NCBI GenBank assembly: GCA_951804945.1
Contig: OX638155.1
Coordinates: 49,228,001-49,292,000, forward strand
Origin: Podarcis cretensis
Lineage: Eukaryota
DNA length: 64,000 nucleotides
Reading direction: 5' to 3'
In this document: piece after piece, positions 13,198 to 26,100 of the stretch
Position numbering within the stretch: position 1 is the stretch's first letter
How the letters are laid out: each line of letters opens with the position of its first letter
The notes under the pieces: model-generated
The model's input: only the letters and a program-made list of their open reading frames with translations
The model's database searches: none
What the model was told of the DNA's origin: nothing
Translations under genes and position numbers: made by a program

Positions 13198-13320
13198 CAG
13201 CCTTCCTTAACCTGTTGCCTTCTAGACGTTTTGGACCACAACTCCACGTGCCGGCTGGGGATGATGGGAGTTGTAGTTCAAAACATCTGGAAGGCAACTG
13301 GTTGGGGAAAAGGCTGCCCT
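13198..13320. mobile_element. Palindromic MITE (12474-type)
   Basis: CAGCCTTCCTTAACCTGTTGCC..ACAACTCC..GGGAGTTGTAGT..GGCAACTGGTTGGGGAAAAGGCTG inverted structure. Confidence 0.75.
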
Positions 13321-14273
13321 TATGATGCATTTTCAAAAACATTGGCTGGTGAACTTGGGCTTCCAAGCCCATTTAATTGGAAGTGTGAATCACTTGTGCT
13401 CATCACATGCTCCTGCATGGAAGTATAAATCAAATCTATGCGAGATCCAATGTGAAGCTGTTTTAAATAACATTGCAGTCAAAGGCTGTGTGCTGATCCA
13501 ACTGGGCAGAAAGGCATATCATGCCACTTTTTATTTATGTTCGCCTTTTGTTTTCCACTGTTTTGCCAAGGAGCCTGCAGCAGAGTTCAGTGATAGCTGG
13601 TAGTGTTTGAGAGAATGGGTAAAGGATGTCAAAATGAGTACGCAAGAAGGAAAGCCCTGGCCTTGACTACCGGCTTGCCTGCTTGGCCTGGAAGTTAATT
13701 CAATGATACAAGCTTTCAATCAACTGCTCCAGTGCAAGTATGAGAATATTCTCTCCGACCCGTCTCTTTCCCTACACGTGCAGTGGAGGCCTTAGGCACC
13801 TGCTCAGATGTCTCCCCCTTTTTGCTGCTGTGAAGAAAGAGCTTCTTACGTGTTGGAAACAGGAAGTCGGAAACCAGGGGTCATGCTAATGGCTTGTGAA
13901 AGAGGTTCTTGGCTCTTCCTTACTTTGTTTTTTATCGTGCTCTCAGAAGCATTGGCTTCCCCACACCCCAATGTTGCTGAGCTATTCTACAATTTCGAGC
14001 AATTACCATGAATGCTTCACGGTATGGTGCAGGTTACAGAGGAAGGGGAGTGTTGAGAAGATGATGCTCGGAATCTGCATGCTGGGTGCAGACAGGAGCT
14101 GTCAGGGCTTAGCAAGTGAGATGATCACCTCCTCATTACCCCCATTTCCAGTCCACTGGTCTGTGGAATAAGAGTCCTGAAGTCACATTAGGATCTTTGG
14201 GCTTTGGGGTTGGTCTCTCTCCCTGCCCCCACCATGCCTTTTCATTCCATATAATTTCTCACAATCATGATTC

Positions 14274-14586
14274 CATACCCTCTAACATTTCTCTGATGGA
14301 AATAGGGACATCCTATTCTCTCCTCCTCCTCCTCATTTTACTATTTATACCCCACTCATCTGACTGGACTGGGTTGCCCCAGCCACTCTGGGCAGCTTCC
14401 AACATATATAAAAACATAATAAAGCATTACGCCTTAAAAGGGTTGCCCTCAGATGTCTTCTAAATGTTATATAGTTGCTCATTTCCTTGACATCTGATGG
14501 GAGGGCATTCCAAGAAGGCCCTCTGCCTGCTTCCCTGCCATACCCTCCAACATTTCTCCAGTGAAAATAGGGACTTGGAGGGTCTG
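14274..14586 (-). mobile_element. Composite MITE carrying a captured L2 3' end (copy 1)
   Basis: Termini CATACCCTCTAAC / TTGGAGGGTCTG, an internal duplicate of the terminus near 14539, and an antisense L2 tail between them. Confidence 0.8.
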
Positions 14587-14781
14587 TGATGTACTTCTCC
14601 CAGTACAGGCAAATTCAGCATGTATCTATTTACTAACCTGCACCCCAGACCAATGAGGACAGGTAAATAGATTTTAACATCTTTATTGGGGAAATACTCA
14701 TTACGTCAGCTTCCTAATGTGCAGTCTCTGACATGTGCATTTCACAAGCAACATGATCTCAAGAATGCAAGATCCAGAGTG

Positions 14782-15087
14782 NNNNNNNNNNNNNNNNNNN
14801 NNNNNNNNNNNNNNNNNNNNNNNNNNNNNNNNNNNNNNNNNNNNNNNNNNNNNNNNNNNNNNNNNNNNNNNNNNNNNNNNNNNNNNNNNNNNNNNNNNNN
14901 NNNNNNNNNNNNNNNNNNNNNNNNNNNNNNNNNNNNNNNNNNNNNNNNNNNNNNNNNNNNNNNNNNNNNNNNNNNNNNNNNNNNNNNNNNNNNNNNNNNN
15001 NNNNNNNNNNNNNNNNNNNNNNNNNNNNNNNNNNNNNNNNNNNNNNNNNNNNNNNNNNNNNNNNNNNNNNNNNNNNNNNNNNNNNNN
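14782..15087. other. Assembly gap (306 N)
   Basis: Run of N. Confidence 1.
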
Positions 15088-15094
15088 CCCTAAG

Positions 15095-15368
15095 GTCTCA
15101 GGTTAACTAGCCTATAGCCCCACAATTTCAATTCCCATCATCCCAGACTATTAGCTATGCTGGCTTGGTCTGATGGGAGTTTTAGTCCAACAATATCTGA
15201 AGGGCCACAAGACAAGTTCTAGCCATATTGCAGGGATAGAGAACCTTTGGGCCTCCAGGTGTTGCTGGACTACTGCTTTCATCATCCCTGAACATTGGCC
15301 ATGCTGGCTGGGGCTGAAGGGAGTTGGAGTCCAGCAACATCCTCAGGGCCACAGATTGCTCATCTCTA
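15095..15368. mobile_element. Two adjacent palindromic MITEs (12474-type)
   Basis: Two CCCATCATCCC..GCTGGCT..GATGGGAGT-type units; the second starts CAGGGATAGAGAACCT at 15231. Confidence 0.7.
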
Positions 15369-15448
15369 GTGCAGTAAAGTCACTTGGAAGCTGTCTGGCT
15401 CTCAATGTAAACCTAAGGCTTTGCTGCTTCCATTCCCTGCACCAGTGC

Positions 15449-15673
15449 AAGACTCTCCAAATGTCCCTGTTTTCCAGGGATGGTCCCAGATTTACAGAAG
15501 CCAGTTTCTAATTTTATCCCAGAATGTCGTGCTTTCCCTTAGGCAGTTCCTATTTTCATCAGAGAAATGTTGAAAGGTATGGAGTTTTGTGACCCCCAAG
15601 ACAAAGAGAGAAGAAACTATACAACCTTTCGAATACATCTGAAGGCAGCCCTGTATAGGGAAGTTTTTAAATG

Positions 15674-15751
<78 letters not shown>

Positions 15752-15867
15752 AGCCACCCAGAGTGGCTGGGACAAACCAAGCAGATGGGCAGGGTATAAA
15801 AAATAAAATTGTTGTTGTTGTTGAATAGGATGTCCCTGTTTTCATAAGAGAATTGTTGGAAGGTATG
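15449..15867 (+). mobile_element. Composite MITE carrying a captured L2 3' end (copy 2), with an internal (TG)n(AG)n microsatellite
   Basis: AGACTCTCCAA left end; internal CCTATTTTCATCAGAGAAATGTTGAAAGGTATG; L2 tail; repeated right end CCTGTTTTCATAAGAGAATTGTTGGAAGGTATG. Confidence 0.8.
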
Positions 15868-17355
15868 CAATTTGAGCAATTCCTTTCCTTTTATTTTGCT
15901 TCCTCTCTTCATTTACCAGGATCCTGCCACTGATGCCTACAGAGCTATGGTGCTTGATGCCAGATAATTAAGGCAAAGAAGCAAGGCAATTAGCCATTAT
16001 AACACATTGTTCCTTCTCTTTCTGTGTTTAAACTTGCCGCTCCTAAAACCCTTCACTTCCTGCCTGTGGTTTGGAATCTCACATTATGGTTGCGCTTGAG
16101 AACATAAGCATCACAATTTTTCTGTTTATTTAAACCCCCTAAATTCTGGAGTGCCAAAGGTATTGCCCAAACAGATTGATAGAGAACTATCATTCGATGA
16201 GCAGGTGCTGAGAAAGCCAAGGAATTTGGGGGTGAGGAATACATAGAATTTCATCTTCATCTTCCTATTGCTCGTTGTCAGTGCTTTGTTTTATGTCCCC
16301 CCCCCCCTTTAGCTACATGGAGGAACCACTTCTAAATGCAAGAATTCTTTCCTATAGGGATGGGGGGAAACAAGCCGAACCAATGACAAGGCTGACTAAA
16401 AAAACCAAAACAGAAAGCAAAGTGTTACTGTGCTGCCCTCTAATGGTCAGCATTTTTGCATTCATTCAAGGACAGAGAGGCTTAAGGTTACCGCTAACAA
16501 TGAGGCAAAGCATCATTTTCAGCCTGCCGCTGGTCACAGAAAATTGGAAAATCAGGATTTGACACTAAACCCCTTGTCACCCTTGTTAGAGCAAGCCTGC
16601 TCACAGTGGAGGCATCAACTGATGTGTGCTCTGCTTCCATAATCCAATTGTGGGGAAAGGGGTGTATTTTTTGTTTGTTTATAGTGTGCTCTAACTAAAT
16701 CATAACCCGTTGGAGGAGCACCGATGGACTCAGAGCCAGAGACAGCTTAGCATAAGAAGGCTTTGGTGCCTTGAAGTGTTAGTCATTGCAATCTCTGTCC
16801 TGTTATAGCTTGCAGAGCTCCATTAAACATGATTGCTTCATCTTTTGTCAGGAACTACCTTATGCTGGATTTATTATCCTCATCAATCTTCTTTCCAGTT
16901 TAACTGTCTCAAACCCAGAATTCTGACCATCTGAGTGCTGTGCTTTCAGACAGTCACATGCACACTTTTAACAAACAGCAGTGACTCAGCAAATTAGTTG
17001 GATCCTTAATTCCACCCCCCCCTTGTTTTTTAAATAAAAAGTTGCCCAGACTTGGTCTCTGGTGTGAAAACCCTAGTAACAGCTGCTCCCCCTGGGGAGT
17101 GAAGAGTAGGAGGAGGGAGACTTTGCACCCAGGAGCACAAGAACAATGCAAGGGAACAATGCAGAGGAAACAGGCATCAGACTCTATCCAACAGCTGATC
17201 AGCACATTCAAAGCTGACAGTGTGGACCTCTGTTAGGTGGTGGAAATGTGAGAGGATGCTCAACTTCAAAAGTGGGCTTGCTGACTCAAGACTTCAAGAC
17301 TCAGACTTTGGCTAAAGTGGGTGATGAATTTCCATGTTTTTGAGTGCTGCAGCAT

Positions 17356-17498
17356 CAGGGTTAGCCAAACATTGTAACCTCCATCCTGATGTTGCTGGAC
17401 TACAACTCCCATCACCCATGGACATAGGCCATGCTGACTGCAGATGATGGGAGTTGTAGTCCAATAACACCTGGACTGCCCTGGGTTGACTGTTCCTC
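17356..17498. mobile_element. Palindromic MITE (12474-type)
   Basis: GGACTACAACTCCCATCA...TGATGGGAGTTGTAGTCC internal inverted repeat. Confidence 0.8.
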
Positions 17499-18583
17499 AT
17501 GCATGGAAACTTTCAGATCCACATTTCTTTGCTTATATTTAAAGTCTCCTGAAATTCAGAACTAAAAGCCTCATCAATACTCACTAGAGAACGAAGGTTT
17601 AAAACCTCAGTCAATTAAAGCCACATAGAGGAGTAATAAGAATTTGAAAAATGGCTTCCAACACAGCAAAAGGAAGGACTTGGCAGCACAGGCTTTATAA
17701 AGCAATTATATTTTTAGTTACATAACAATACATCTCCAGACCTCTAATTGCTCCAAATCTCTCACCTAAGGAGTCATTACATTCAGTTTTAACCCCTCTC
17801 TGAAATCATAATCTAATGTAGTAATTGAACTGTGTTCCCACTGTTCTCAGTTCAAAGATATTAGAATTACCTTTAAAAACAAAGAAACAAAACCCTAACC
17901 CTGTGATTTCCCTCTTCTTCACAGCATTTCTCTGTATCTAAATGAGTGAAATGTTACTCACACAAAAGTCACCATATCCTCTTACCTGCAGCAATTTGCC
18001 TAGTGTAGATAAAGATAGAAACATGTTCCTGGCATTTCTAATAGCAGCTAACACTGGTTATTATATATAGTGAAGGTAAGTGGCAAAAACAAGGTTCTAT
18101 CATTTTAAACCTCTAAATTTAGTACCTTATAAGAATGGTGTATTTGCCACAAATAATTTAAAACTTGGCACACATGATCTACCTGATGAGTTCTACAAAT
18201 GCTCCAAATTTCAAATAGATTAACTGAAATTTGCCACAGATGCAGCAAAAAAAGTGATGATTTTTTTTTCAGTTTTTGGGAAGAAATTCCATATATTTCA
18301 TTCCAATTTTGGCAAGAACCTGTCATGTATTTTATTCAGACTTTGCTGCAGAACACACAATTTCATTAGTTTGGTGAAGTTTTGATCAGTGGTTCAAAAG
18401 GTGGTAAAGTTTTCCTGCCCCATTAAAGTCTATGGAAAGTTCTGGCAAAACTGTGTTGTGTTTGACTGAACACAAAAGTGAAGCTAAATTTTTGCCAGGA
18501 ACACAGAGGTAGCCAGATAGTGGATTATTTGTGCTATCCCTATCCCTTTAGTTACATAGTATCACAATGGATTGGAGTGGTTA

Positions 18584-19293
18584 GATGAGGGCTTGTCAAC
18601 TTTTGGGGGCCCATGAACACATACGGAAACTTGTTTCTCAACTCTTATGGTAGACGTCACACTACACAACCATGCATGCACCCCCACACACAACCACACA
18701 CGCTTCCCAGTGCAGAACCTCTCCCCACAAACACTGCATCCCACCTTGGAATAGTCACCCACAATAAATACCACTCTCCACACTGAAAGAAGGTCCCCCC
18801 CCCCAGTCGGATGGTGGTTATTGTCTTTAATCTCAGAACAACCCAGCGAAGTAGGCCATCTGCAGAGATAACAACATGGTCAATGTATCCCTGCAAGATG
18901 CATGCAACCTATTGAGCCAATGACACACCCCCAGACGATGAGGGCTTGTCAACTTTTGGGGGCCCATGAACACATACGGAAACTTGTTTCTCAACTCTTA
19001 TGGTAGACGTCACACTACACAACCATGCATGCACCCCCACACACAACCACACACGCTTCCCAGTGCAGAACCTCTCCCCACAAACACTGCATCCCACCTT
19101 GGAATAGTCACCCACAATAAATACCACTCTCCACACTGAAAGAAGGTCCCCCCCCCCAGTCGGATGGTGGTTATTGTCTTTAATCTCAGAACAACCCAGC
19201 GAAGTAGGCCATCTGCAGAGATAACAACATGGTCAATGTATCCCTGCAAGATGCATGCAACCTATTGAGCCAATGACACACCCCCAGACGATG
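18584..19293. repeat. Direct tandem duplication, 2 x 353 bp
   Basis: 18584-18936 matches 18937-19289. The ORF track shows identical peptides offset by 353. GATG occurs at 18584, 18937 and 19290. Confidence 0.97.
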
Positions 19294-19371
19294 CTAGCAC
19301 CATTGAATTCAATGAGACTTGCTTCCGAGTAGAGTGTGCTGAAAGGGATTTAATTTGACACTCAAGTCGTT

Positions 19372-19975
19372 GCTGTTGTTGTTATTGCTTCATCTATGAA
19401 TCACTTCCTACAAGGCGTCTCAAAGCAATTTCACAACACAATGAACACATCTAAAACAATTGCATATATATATAAAATTTCAAACCCCACCGAGATAGTA
19501 ACTAGGATTTTTTTTAAAAAAATCCACTTAGAAGGTTTGCTGAAAGAGCAAAGTCTTCAACAGGTACCAAAATGACAATAGAAACTGTCTGGTATGCAAT
19601 GTGAGGGAATTCCAGAGAGCAGGTGCTTCCACAGTCCCCACGCTGTGCATGGCAGACCTCCTGATAAAGATGGAATCTGCAGGATGCCCTCTCCTACAAA
19701 GCACAGTGATTGGTTGGGTGTATAAGGGATGAGATGCTTGATCTTTCGTGTATCTTGTCCCAGGCTATGTAGGGCTTTATACACCAGTACCAGCACCTTG
19801 AATGTAGCCTGGAAGCTAACTAGCAGCCAGTGCATGTTTTTCAACAGCAGCACATTATCATGGAGATTTTCTGTCCCGGTGAGCAGCTGGATCACCTTAT
19901 TCCACAGGAACTGCAACTTCTGGGTCAGCCTCAAGGGAAGGCCTGCACAGAGTGCATTGCAGTAATCTAGATTTC
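19372..19975 (-). mobile_element. Older L2-clade LINE 3' fragment
   Basis: Minus ORF 19557-19934 contains LKNMHWLLVSFQATFKVLVLVYKALHSLG, equivalent to LKDLHWLSVRFRAQFKVLVLTFKALNGLG in the 34941 element. Ends in an (AAC)n-type tail. Confidence 0.85.
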
Positions 19976-20540
19976 AAGAGTGAATATGGATATGGTGTCT
20001 GCCCAGGCTCTCATGCCTTTCTGAGCAGTCTAAGGATACAGTAAATTTATCCCAGTTGAAGATAGGAGCCCAAAGGCCCAAATCACACTCCAAAGGCAGA
20101 GAAAAGGGACGGAGCAGCCATCGTGACATCCCAGAGATTGAAACACAGAAACACTTTCTGCTCTAGTGTTTCAAGTAAAAAGAAATGAGAGAGAGAGAAA
20201 TTTCCTTCCAGAATCCAGGATTGTGCAGCACTTCATGTCAAAAACTGGGGGGAAATAAATGGTGCCTTATCACGGAAGGAAGGTGAATGATGACATGAGC
20301 AGCACCATACTGCCCCCCGGATCACAAACGGTCTGTGAATGGCGCTTTCCTCTCCTGCATTGGTCAGAGAAAAATCCACATCCTTGGTTTTGTATTACAT
20401 AAGTGTAGGAAGGAAATTCACAGCTGAGTAGTGAAGAAACAATGTCAAAATATGTATTTCCCAACCATCCAGAAAAAGCAGCTGTTTTTACATTTAGGAG
20501 TCAGATTTCCCCCCACATTTTCAATGCCATAGAAAGGGTA

Positions 20541-20920
20541 TAATGGACTAGTTGGACACACAGAAATGGTGGGAGGAACCAGCTGGAGAACCCTCAAGGG
20601 AAGAGGGTTCAGAGCCCAGGGATTGGTTGTGGGATGATGATGAGTGACCAGAGGGGAAAAGGGAGCAGACTGGGAGCAGGAGGTGTTGGAAGCTAAAGAG
20701 GCAACAGGGTTTAGTGAGCGTGCGGAGTCTGCGGCAGAGAGCAGTCTGGAATCAGAGCTAGAAGCTGCAACAGGAGAGGATGGGGGAAGCCAAGAGGAAG
20801 AGGGGAGTCAGGCTCTTAAAGAGAAAAGGGTGGTCATTCCCTCCTGCTGAGACAAGCTGCCCTCCCTCCTGGTCTCCCAGGACCTGGAGAGGCGGGAAGC
20901 AGGAGGAGCAAAGACAAGCA
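20541..20920 (+). mobile_element. LTR-like remnant (Gypsy-type solo-LTR fragment)
   Basis: Strongly G/A-rich block (GGTGGGAGGAACCAGCTGG..GAAGAGGG..) resembling lizard LTR repeats from recollection only. Termini and TSD not resolved. Confidence 0.45.
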
Positions 20921-22925
20921 CATGGTTTTTATGAAGTTCATCACAGATTGCAGACTACAAAAAAGGTGGGTCAGCATTGTCCCAGTCTACGTTTATACAT
21001 TTTGGAGTGTGTATCACAGGTACCTCCCTACTGGGCAGAGCTAATGACAAATATCTCACCCCACCTCTCCCAAACAGTCTTGGAACTTTTTGTGGGGTGG
21101 TAGGATGGTTTATTTGCTGTTGTTTTTTAAGTAAAACTTAAAGATATGAAATGATAGAACTATAAAAAACATATGAACCATTTTTTTAAAAAGGGAGAGA
21201 GATAGAAAGAGTGAACAAGTTTTCCTTTAGGAGGGAATATTAGAGATGCCATCACATGCGATGTGCAATCTCACCAACACCTTGGCTCATATGGATCATG
21301 AAGTAGCAACAGAAGCAACTGGGAAGCTGAGAAAATAGACTTCCTTTTCTCTAACACAGATTTCCCATCCTCTCCTATTACATTTATACATTGTTGATGC
21401 TAGAAGCATGATAGATTGATAACAAAATAGGGAGAACTCATTCCCCACTGCTTCTCAGAAATAGCCATCTGTATACAGTTTTTTTTCTCTTTCCCTAGCA
21501 ATGAGTGGGGGCAATCTGAATAAAATAAAATAAAGTTCCATACATTATGCTGGCAAGAAGTAATGTACCAAGGTTATCCACAGGTTATGCTAGGATAAAT
21601 ATTTTGTTATTCATGCAAATAAGAAATATTAAAGGCAGTAGTCTTTTTAAAGCTCAAACTAGATTATATGTTTTCTTCACTGTAGGGTAATTGTTAGTAG
21701 TTGGTAATGCATCCTCAGTTGCAACAGTGTAATTAAGATTCCATTCCCATCAGCATTTCTGTTTTAAATCCAGCCATAACAATTTGCTCAGAGATGCAGC
21801 TTGGCATACAAGGTCTCATCACACTAGTCATTTTTATGTGTCCTGTTTTATATTTCAGAAAGTTCATTCGGCCATTTTATAGCAGAGAAAAATAAAATCA
21901 AAATTAGACTCTTCCAGATGCTTCGTTCCACTTCTATTTAAACAGTTGTAGCCTGTGGTGTTTAGAGAAAACAAAAATGGTAGCTTGAATTTTGTAACAG
22001 ACATCTTATAACTCAGTTTTGAAGCAACAGGGAATGTGTAAATACCCTCACTGAGCTCTGCCAATTCATCTCTTCCTTTTTTCTTTTTTGAACATGAACA
22101 ACCATTTCTATGTCTTCTGTAACAAGTGCCTCTGTATATATGGTATGTATACTGTATACATGGTATGTATACATCTATGTATTTTTTGGTGTCCTTTTTA
22201 TTCAATATCAATATTTGGATCTCAATTCCTGATATCCAAACCTGAAGAACTAATGTTATCTAGTGTGGTTTACAAGATCAGAACAATGGCTTTGATCCTA
22301 AGAAAGTTAATAGGAACAATATTTTTCTCATCCCCCTGCACCCTGCAGCCACCTACGCCTATCTCCCTGAAAAGCCTCTCTATGTGGTTGGAGGCGCTTC
22401 TGAACAATACTGGATGAGGAACAGGGAGCTGGTGAGAAGCAAACAGGAAATATCACATATTAAGACCTTATTTTAACTAATCTTTGGATCCAAGCCATTG
22501 TATAAACCACACTAGATTGCATTATTGAAGACTAATAGCCAACTGAACTCTGCTCTCTTCCAGAGTTCTCTGATACCTCAACCCACATTGTTCAGAAGGG
22601 CTCTCTGATCCCCCTCAGAGGCTTTTGTGGGGAGAGGCAAGTGACGGGTGTGAAGAGGGGCATGGGAAATTTCCCCTCTATGAACTTCCTTCAGTTAATT
22701 TATTTTCATCTCAGTGAAACAAAATGAATCCATCTCAGTATGGAAGGACAAGCCATTTTTAACTTGGGTGGCAAATGTACAAAACTTGCCAAAGAGAACG
22801 TCATCTAGTATTCAAGCATTTGTGTGAGGAGTTTCTAGACACATGGGCTTCTGAAGAACCTTCTTCCTACTGCAGTTGCTAAACTCTCCAGACATTTCTC
22901 TCAAAATAAAGGATTATAATAAGAA

Positions 22926-23100
22926 GGGCCAGACCAAAGATCCATCAAGTTCAGTGTCTTATTTCCCAGTGGCTTCTGAGAGGCCCACAACTAGTGCATG
23001 AAAGCAGGAGACCTCCTCTATTGTTACTTTCCATTAAAAGCGATTCATTGGCATTTTCCTCTCAATCCAGTTATAGTCATTATGACTACTAATCACTGAG
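22926..23100 (-). mobile_element. CR1-type LINE 3' UTR remnant
   Basis: CAGACCAAAGATCCATCAAGTTCAG..CAGTGGC..CCCACAA, similar to the 30255 and ~46995 fragments. Confidence 0.5.
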
Positions 23101-26100
23101 GGAAATAAAAAAACAACCCACTAGTAAATTCAGCTATGGCCACCGTGGTCCAAAATAAAGCCAGGAATAACTGCTGCTGAACCATGCTGAGTTTGTGCAG
23201 AGGTCTGTTCCATGTGTTACATGGCAACACAGGACTGATATCTTTGCCTCATAAAGCTGGCTTCTCCACTTGCTTAGCTAGACCTAGTCAAGCAAGGCAA
23301 TATCCCCAGGTGACTCTAAGGCTCACTTTATATAAGTAGCAGCCTTCAGCAAAGGCCTCTTTGAGATACAAGTAGGGAATTGAGTGATATGCTATTTACC
23401 ACTGTGGATAAACTAAAGCACCAATTTTATTGTTTCTTTTCTATCACTTTTCTCTGCACTGCAGACGTAATTACCAGAGCATACTCCACTATGCACACCG
23501 TCCATTTAAATAAAGGCTGGTGTTTATTCAGTCCTTCTTTCCAAATGAGCAAAATGCAAATGCATTTGTATCCTGCTAAAATTTCATCCCACAGAAACCT
23601 TCACATTAGCTGCTTATATGTCTTAAAAGAGTTAATTTCCATTTTGACTGTCTTATTAAGAGTCTACAAACATTTGAAGGCAACCAAGGAAGTGCTTTGA
23701 GAATATGCTTAATTATGCAGCCTTAGGAATTGTGAAGGTGCTGTATTCAGGGCTTGTAAAATACTTGACTACTGTTGTGCTGCTTTTCCATCTGGAAACA
23801 AACAAAAACCCTCTTTTTTAAAGGAAACCTAGCTCACTGTTTTCATTTCAGAAATTCTGGAATAGGGTTGCCTTGTTGCTCTTTAGACAGATAATTAATG
23901 CAGTGAACTGAATATTGACAATGATTTGGAGCTAATTGGCATTACATGTAAAGTTCCCATAATGCACCAGGGGTGTTGAAAGGAAAGAATCAAATTTTGT
24001 TTGGCATATCCAGGATCCTTTCCATTCTGTTGGGTAGACTGGGGAAGACCAATTGCCTAGGAACCATGCAGAATACTTCTCAGTCTCTTCATAGGAGTGA
24101 TGAAATGTTTGTTTTATTTATTTGTTCATTTAAAATACTTATATCCCACCTTTCTAGCAGATAAACAGAAGGTGGGTGATAATAAAACAACGCTAAACCA
24201 TAAATATATATAAATGTCGACACAATCAAATAAAGTAATTGGTTAAATAAATAGAGCATCCTTTATGGCTTTGTGTGTCATTTCTTATTCTAATTTCTGT
24301 TATTTCTGTTATAGCTGTCACTTATTAAACCTTCATAATCCTTTGCACTTTTCTATCCCTGCTTGGTTCAAATGGTGAGATGACTCCAAAGAACTCCAGG
24401 TTTGGATCTTCAATGATGGTGCTGGCATCCCTTGTTGGAGAGTGTTGGGGTAACATTATAAAGTGTATCATAAACAGAAAACCCCCTACACCTCTTGTCT
24501 GAATCTGCATGGTGCTGTGGTGTTCTAAAATGAAGACATACATTATATTGTGATGAACTGTGGTGGTTTGAGAAAGCGTGTAATTCATTCAAAAAGCAGG
24601 ATATGTACTATAAAAGGAGGGCATGGTGATATGGGAATGCTTAATTATATAACCAACAAGAGACAAATAAGAGGGGGGGGGGTGTATCTAAACAGGTACT
24701 CCGCTGAGACAAGATACCAAAACAGTATTTTTTTGTTATTCTAATGTTGGTTGTTTGGTCAGTAAAAAGAAAGGAAAAGCTCTTGGGTCCCTTTAGGTAC
24801 ATATGCCCTATGAATGAACCTAACCTTCCTTTATGCCATAATTAAAATTGCTATCATTTTTTTTGTTAAGCGCTTACTCTGGTGGATTTCAGTCAGCAAC
24901 CTACAGGGGAAAGCTTAGCCATGCATTCTGTTAACCAACGCAAAGAATCACCAGCCTTCCCTTGACTCAACTTTTTAATATTTTCTTCGTGACTGCACAA
25001 TCAGCTTAACTCCCTCCTAAACCTCCTTTTATTAGAAGATCACAGTAAAATGGCCCAGTTCAAACTTCTTTGGATAACCAACATAATGAGCTTGTGTGCT
25101 GCAGTGTTTAACAAGTCGATCATTCATTATTATAGTAAGAACATCATAGTCACAAAAAGTGAGTTTACATGAAGCCAAGTCATAAAAGAAAAGGGAGGCA
25201 GGAAGAAAATGGTCAGAGAACTGTTGTTATTTTTAGTTCATGTTTTGAAGGGCAATACAGAATAGTAACCAAAACAGCAAGAATTGCTTTTTAAGAAGAC
25301 TTTAATTTCATGTCATATTCTCATAGAAAGAGCAACCATAATATGGATGGCTGGAAGCCAGGAACATTGGTTATAATTAAGAGAAAGAAAAACATGCTTG
25401 GATTATATTCAGTGTTTAGCTTTAGAACGGGGCTGAAGCTACAGAATGCAAGCTGGAAGAATAGGAAGACTGCTGGAACCTATTTTGGATGTAATGCCAC
25501 ACTTACTGATTTCTCTTTTTTATGAAATGCATTTCCTGCCCAAATAAACATTACCCAGGGAAGTTTGCAGGTGCCAGCTAGTCTGCTGAAATGTAGAATT
25601 TTAAGTTACTTGGATGGGAAAGGGAATGTTTCAGTATCTTTATGTCGTTCAGTAAAGCACCATATGCAGAGATATCCCTGTATAAAATGTGCTCATCTCT
25701 GAATGATGAGAAGTCCTGGCACAACACTGCTTGGGTTCAATTTCTTCTGAATGGCAGAGCACTAGACATGCATTACAGTTTTGTATATTTACATCATTTA
25801 CAAATATATCAGGAAAGCAAGGAAGCAGAAACACACATATTCAAGTCGCAGAACTATTATTCCACATCAGATCCTGAGAGAAAAGACATATACCTACAAG
25901 CAGTTTCCATTCTTCAACCAACTCATAGCTCTCTGACTCTGTGGGGCAGTGGTACATGCAACCCCATTGAATGAATGTGTGGAGGGGCTCCCTGGGGCCA
26001 TGTAGGTTAACTCAGCCCATCACCCAAATACTTCCCCAAGGAAAATCAACTTGATGTTCACCAGAAAGACTTCTCCTTTACAAAATACACGAGTTGTTTA

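Noticed and set aside
14686-15106. 135-aa and 123-aa ORFs
   Set aside because: Artefacts of translating through the N gap.
20644-21103. Acidic/Glu-rich ORFs
   Set aside because: Explained by a purine-rich LTR-like repeat; no splice or family support.
21864-22211. 115-aa minus ORF and an alternative frame EALVTEDIEM...
   Set aside because: Weak acceptor in a TA/CA low-complexity tract and no recognisable homology.
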